Origin: Flaccisagitta enflata
Lineage: Eukaryota
Assembly (NCBI GenBank): GCA_965153355.1
Contig: OZ231126.1
Coordinates: 9,982,001 to 10,046,000 of the forward strand
Direction of reading: 5' to 3'
Length of the DNA stretch: 64,000 nt
Positions 62,656 through 64,000 of this stretch are shown here, one piece after another. The notes under the pieces were generated by a model. That model was not told where the DNA came from. It did no database searches and saw nothing but the letters and a program-made list of their open reading frames with translations. Position 1 is the stretch's first letter; each line of letters opens with the position of its first letter. Made by a program: the position numbers and the translations under genes.

Positions 62656-64000
62656 GTAATGAGTAATGAGTAATGAAGAGTAGTACCCCTGGGCAGACCA
62701 TAAGAGTCCGCATGGCGGGGACCTCGTTAACGTTAAATGTGTGCAACATCTGTTCGTCTATTCGCCTTCTTAGTTTTTTTCTTGTTCTTTGTTTAAGAAC
62801 ACTGCTGCACTGTCGTCAGTTTTTTTTTTTTTTTTCTAATCCTCCATATTGATCCACTCCAGCTTCTCAGGCCGTTTTTTTCGCGTTCCGTTTCCATTTG
62901 TCGAATGCATTCTTGAATGCATTCACCGACTTCTGCTCTCTCACAATATCCGGAATTGAGTTCCATATCCTTGACGCCCTCGCACAAAAACAGTTGCGTC
63001 TTATTTCCAGTCTTGCTGATTCTTCTTTCAGCACATTTTTCCTTCTTTCCTCCTTTCCATCTGTCACCTTGGTATTTCTTCTTGTGGGCCTTGCGTCATC
63101 TTCCTCTAATTGGAACCATTTTTCCTTGTCGACCCTGTTGAACCCGTTGAGAGTCTTGAAGGTCTCAATGGCGTCACCTCGTTCCCGTCTTTCCGCCAGC
63201 GTTGTGAGGCCAATTTTCTCCAATTTTTCCTCGTACGAATCTCCGCGGACGTCTGATAGCAGCCTTACCATCCGTCTTTGCACTTTTTCCAGTAAATTTT
63301 TGTCTCCTTCCAACCATGGACACCATGACTGCACAGCAAATTCCAGCTTAGGCCGGACAAATGTTTTGTACAATGGGACGAGGGTTTTTGCGTTTCTATA
63401 GTGAAAACTTCTTTGAATTTGCCCAAGTGCAAAATTCGCCGCTTTTGCCGCCACCGCACATTGCTTTCCCGGTTTTCCTGTTGCTTCCACCCAGACTCCC
63501 AGGTCTTTCTGCTCCGTCGTTTCGCCGATTTGTTGACCATTCATGACATATCCATATTTTGGATTGTTTCTCCCGACATGCATGATTTTGCATTTGTCCG
63601 CATGAAACGACATACCCCATTTCTCGGCCCATTTCATCAGTCTGTCGATCGTTTCTTGCATGCGTCTTTGGTCGTCGTCATTTTCAACCACTTGAGCGAC
63701 CTTCGTGTCATCCGCAAACAGAAGCACCAACGCTTCCAGGACTTCTTTGCATATGTCATTGATGAAAATATCAAAGAGGGTTCCTCCCAGCACTGAACCC
63801 TGTACAACACTGCTTAGCACCTCTATCCATTCCGAGAAAACTCCTTCCACTTTCACACGCTGCCTTCTTCCCCTCAGCCAGTCTTCAATCCATTTGAGCA
63901 GTTTCCCTTTTATCCCCACCGTTTCCAGCTTCAACATCAGTCTTCGATGACAGACTTTGTCAAAGGCCTTACTAAAGTCAAGGTAAAGGATGTCATATGA
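62656..64000 (-). mobile_element. Non-LTR retrotransposon (CR1/L2 group) 3' end with RT ORF, in a PDI intron
   Basis: ORF runs to stop 62867 with YLDFSKAFD, SVVQGSVLG, LFADDTK, KDLGV and LYKTFVRPKLE. The 3' tail is (CATTACT)n at ~62656-62676. Confidence 0.9.

Overview
This is eukaryotic (invertebrate-animal-like) genomic DNA with short GT-AG introns. Nine host genes all lie on the minus strand: SMPD4 (5' part), DUSP12, an intronless NB-ARC/TPR STAND ATPase, NUDT1/MTH1, a minimal SP-RING+SIM (PIAS-like) protein, an SLC35F transporter, CEP131/AZI1, a glypican, and PDI/P4HB (3' part). Several have an unpaired splice acceptor just upstream of the ATG and very short spacers, which suggests SL trans-splicing or operons. 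About half of the window is nested mobile DNA. (1) A Gypsy element with identical 192-bp LTRs and a hAT MITE in gag sits in the NUDT1 intron. (2) One 18.9-kb CEP131 intron holds a Gag-only LTR element with non-canonical TA...AA ends and a 4-bp TSD; its 5' LTR was hit by a hAT MITE and by a 13-kb BEL/Pao element that carries an extra, apparently spliced, 3' ORF region. (3) There is also a foldback MITE with a 6-bp TSD, a 3.7-kb hAT shell full of MITEs, and a LINE in a PDI intron. Gene names come from recognising motifs by eye, not from database searches.
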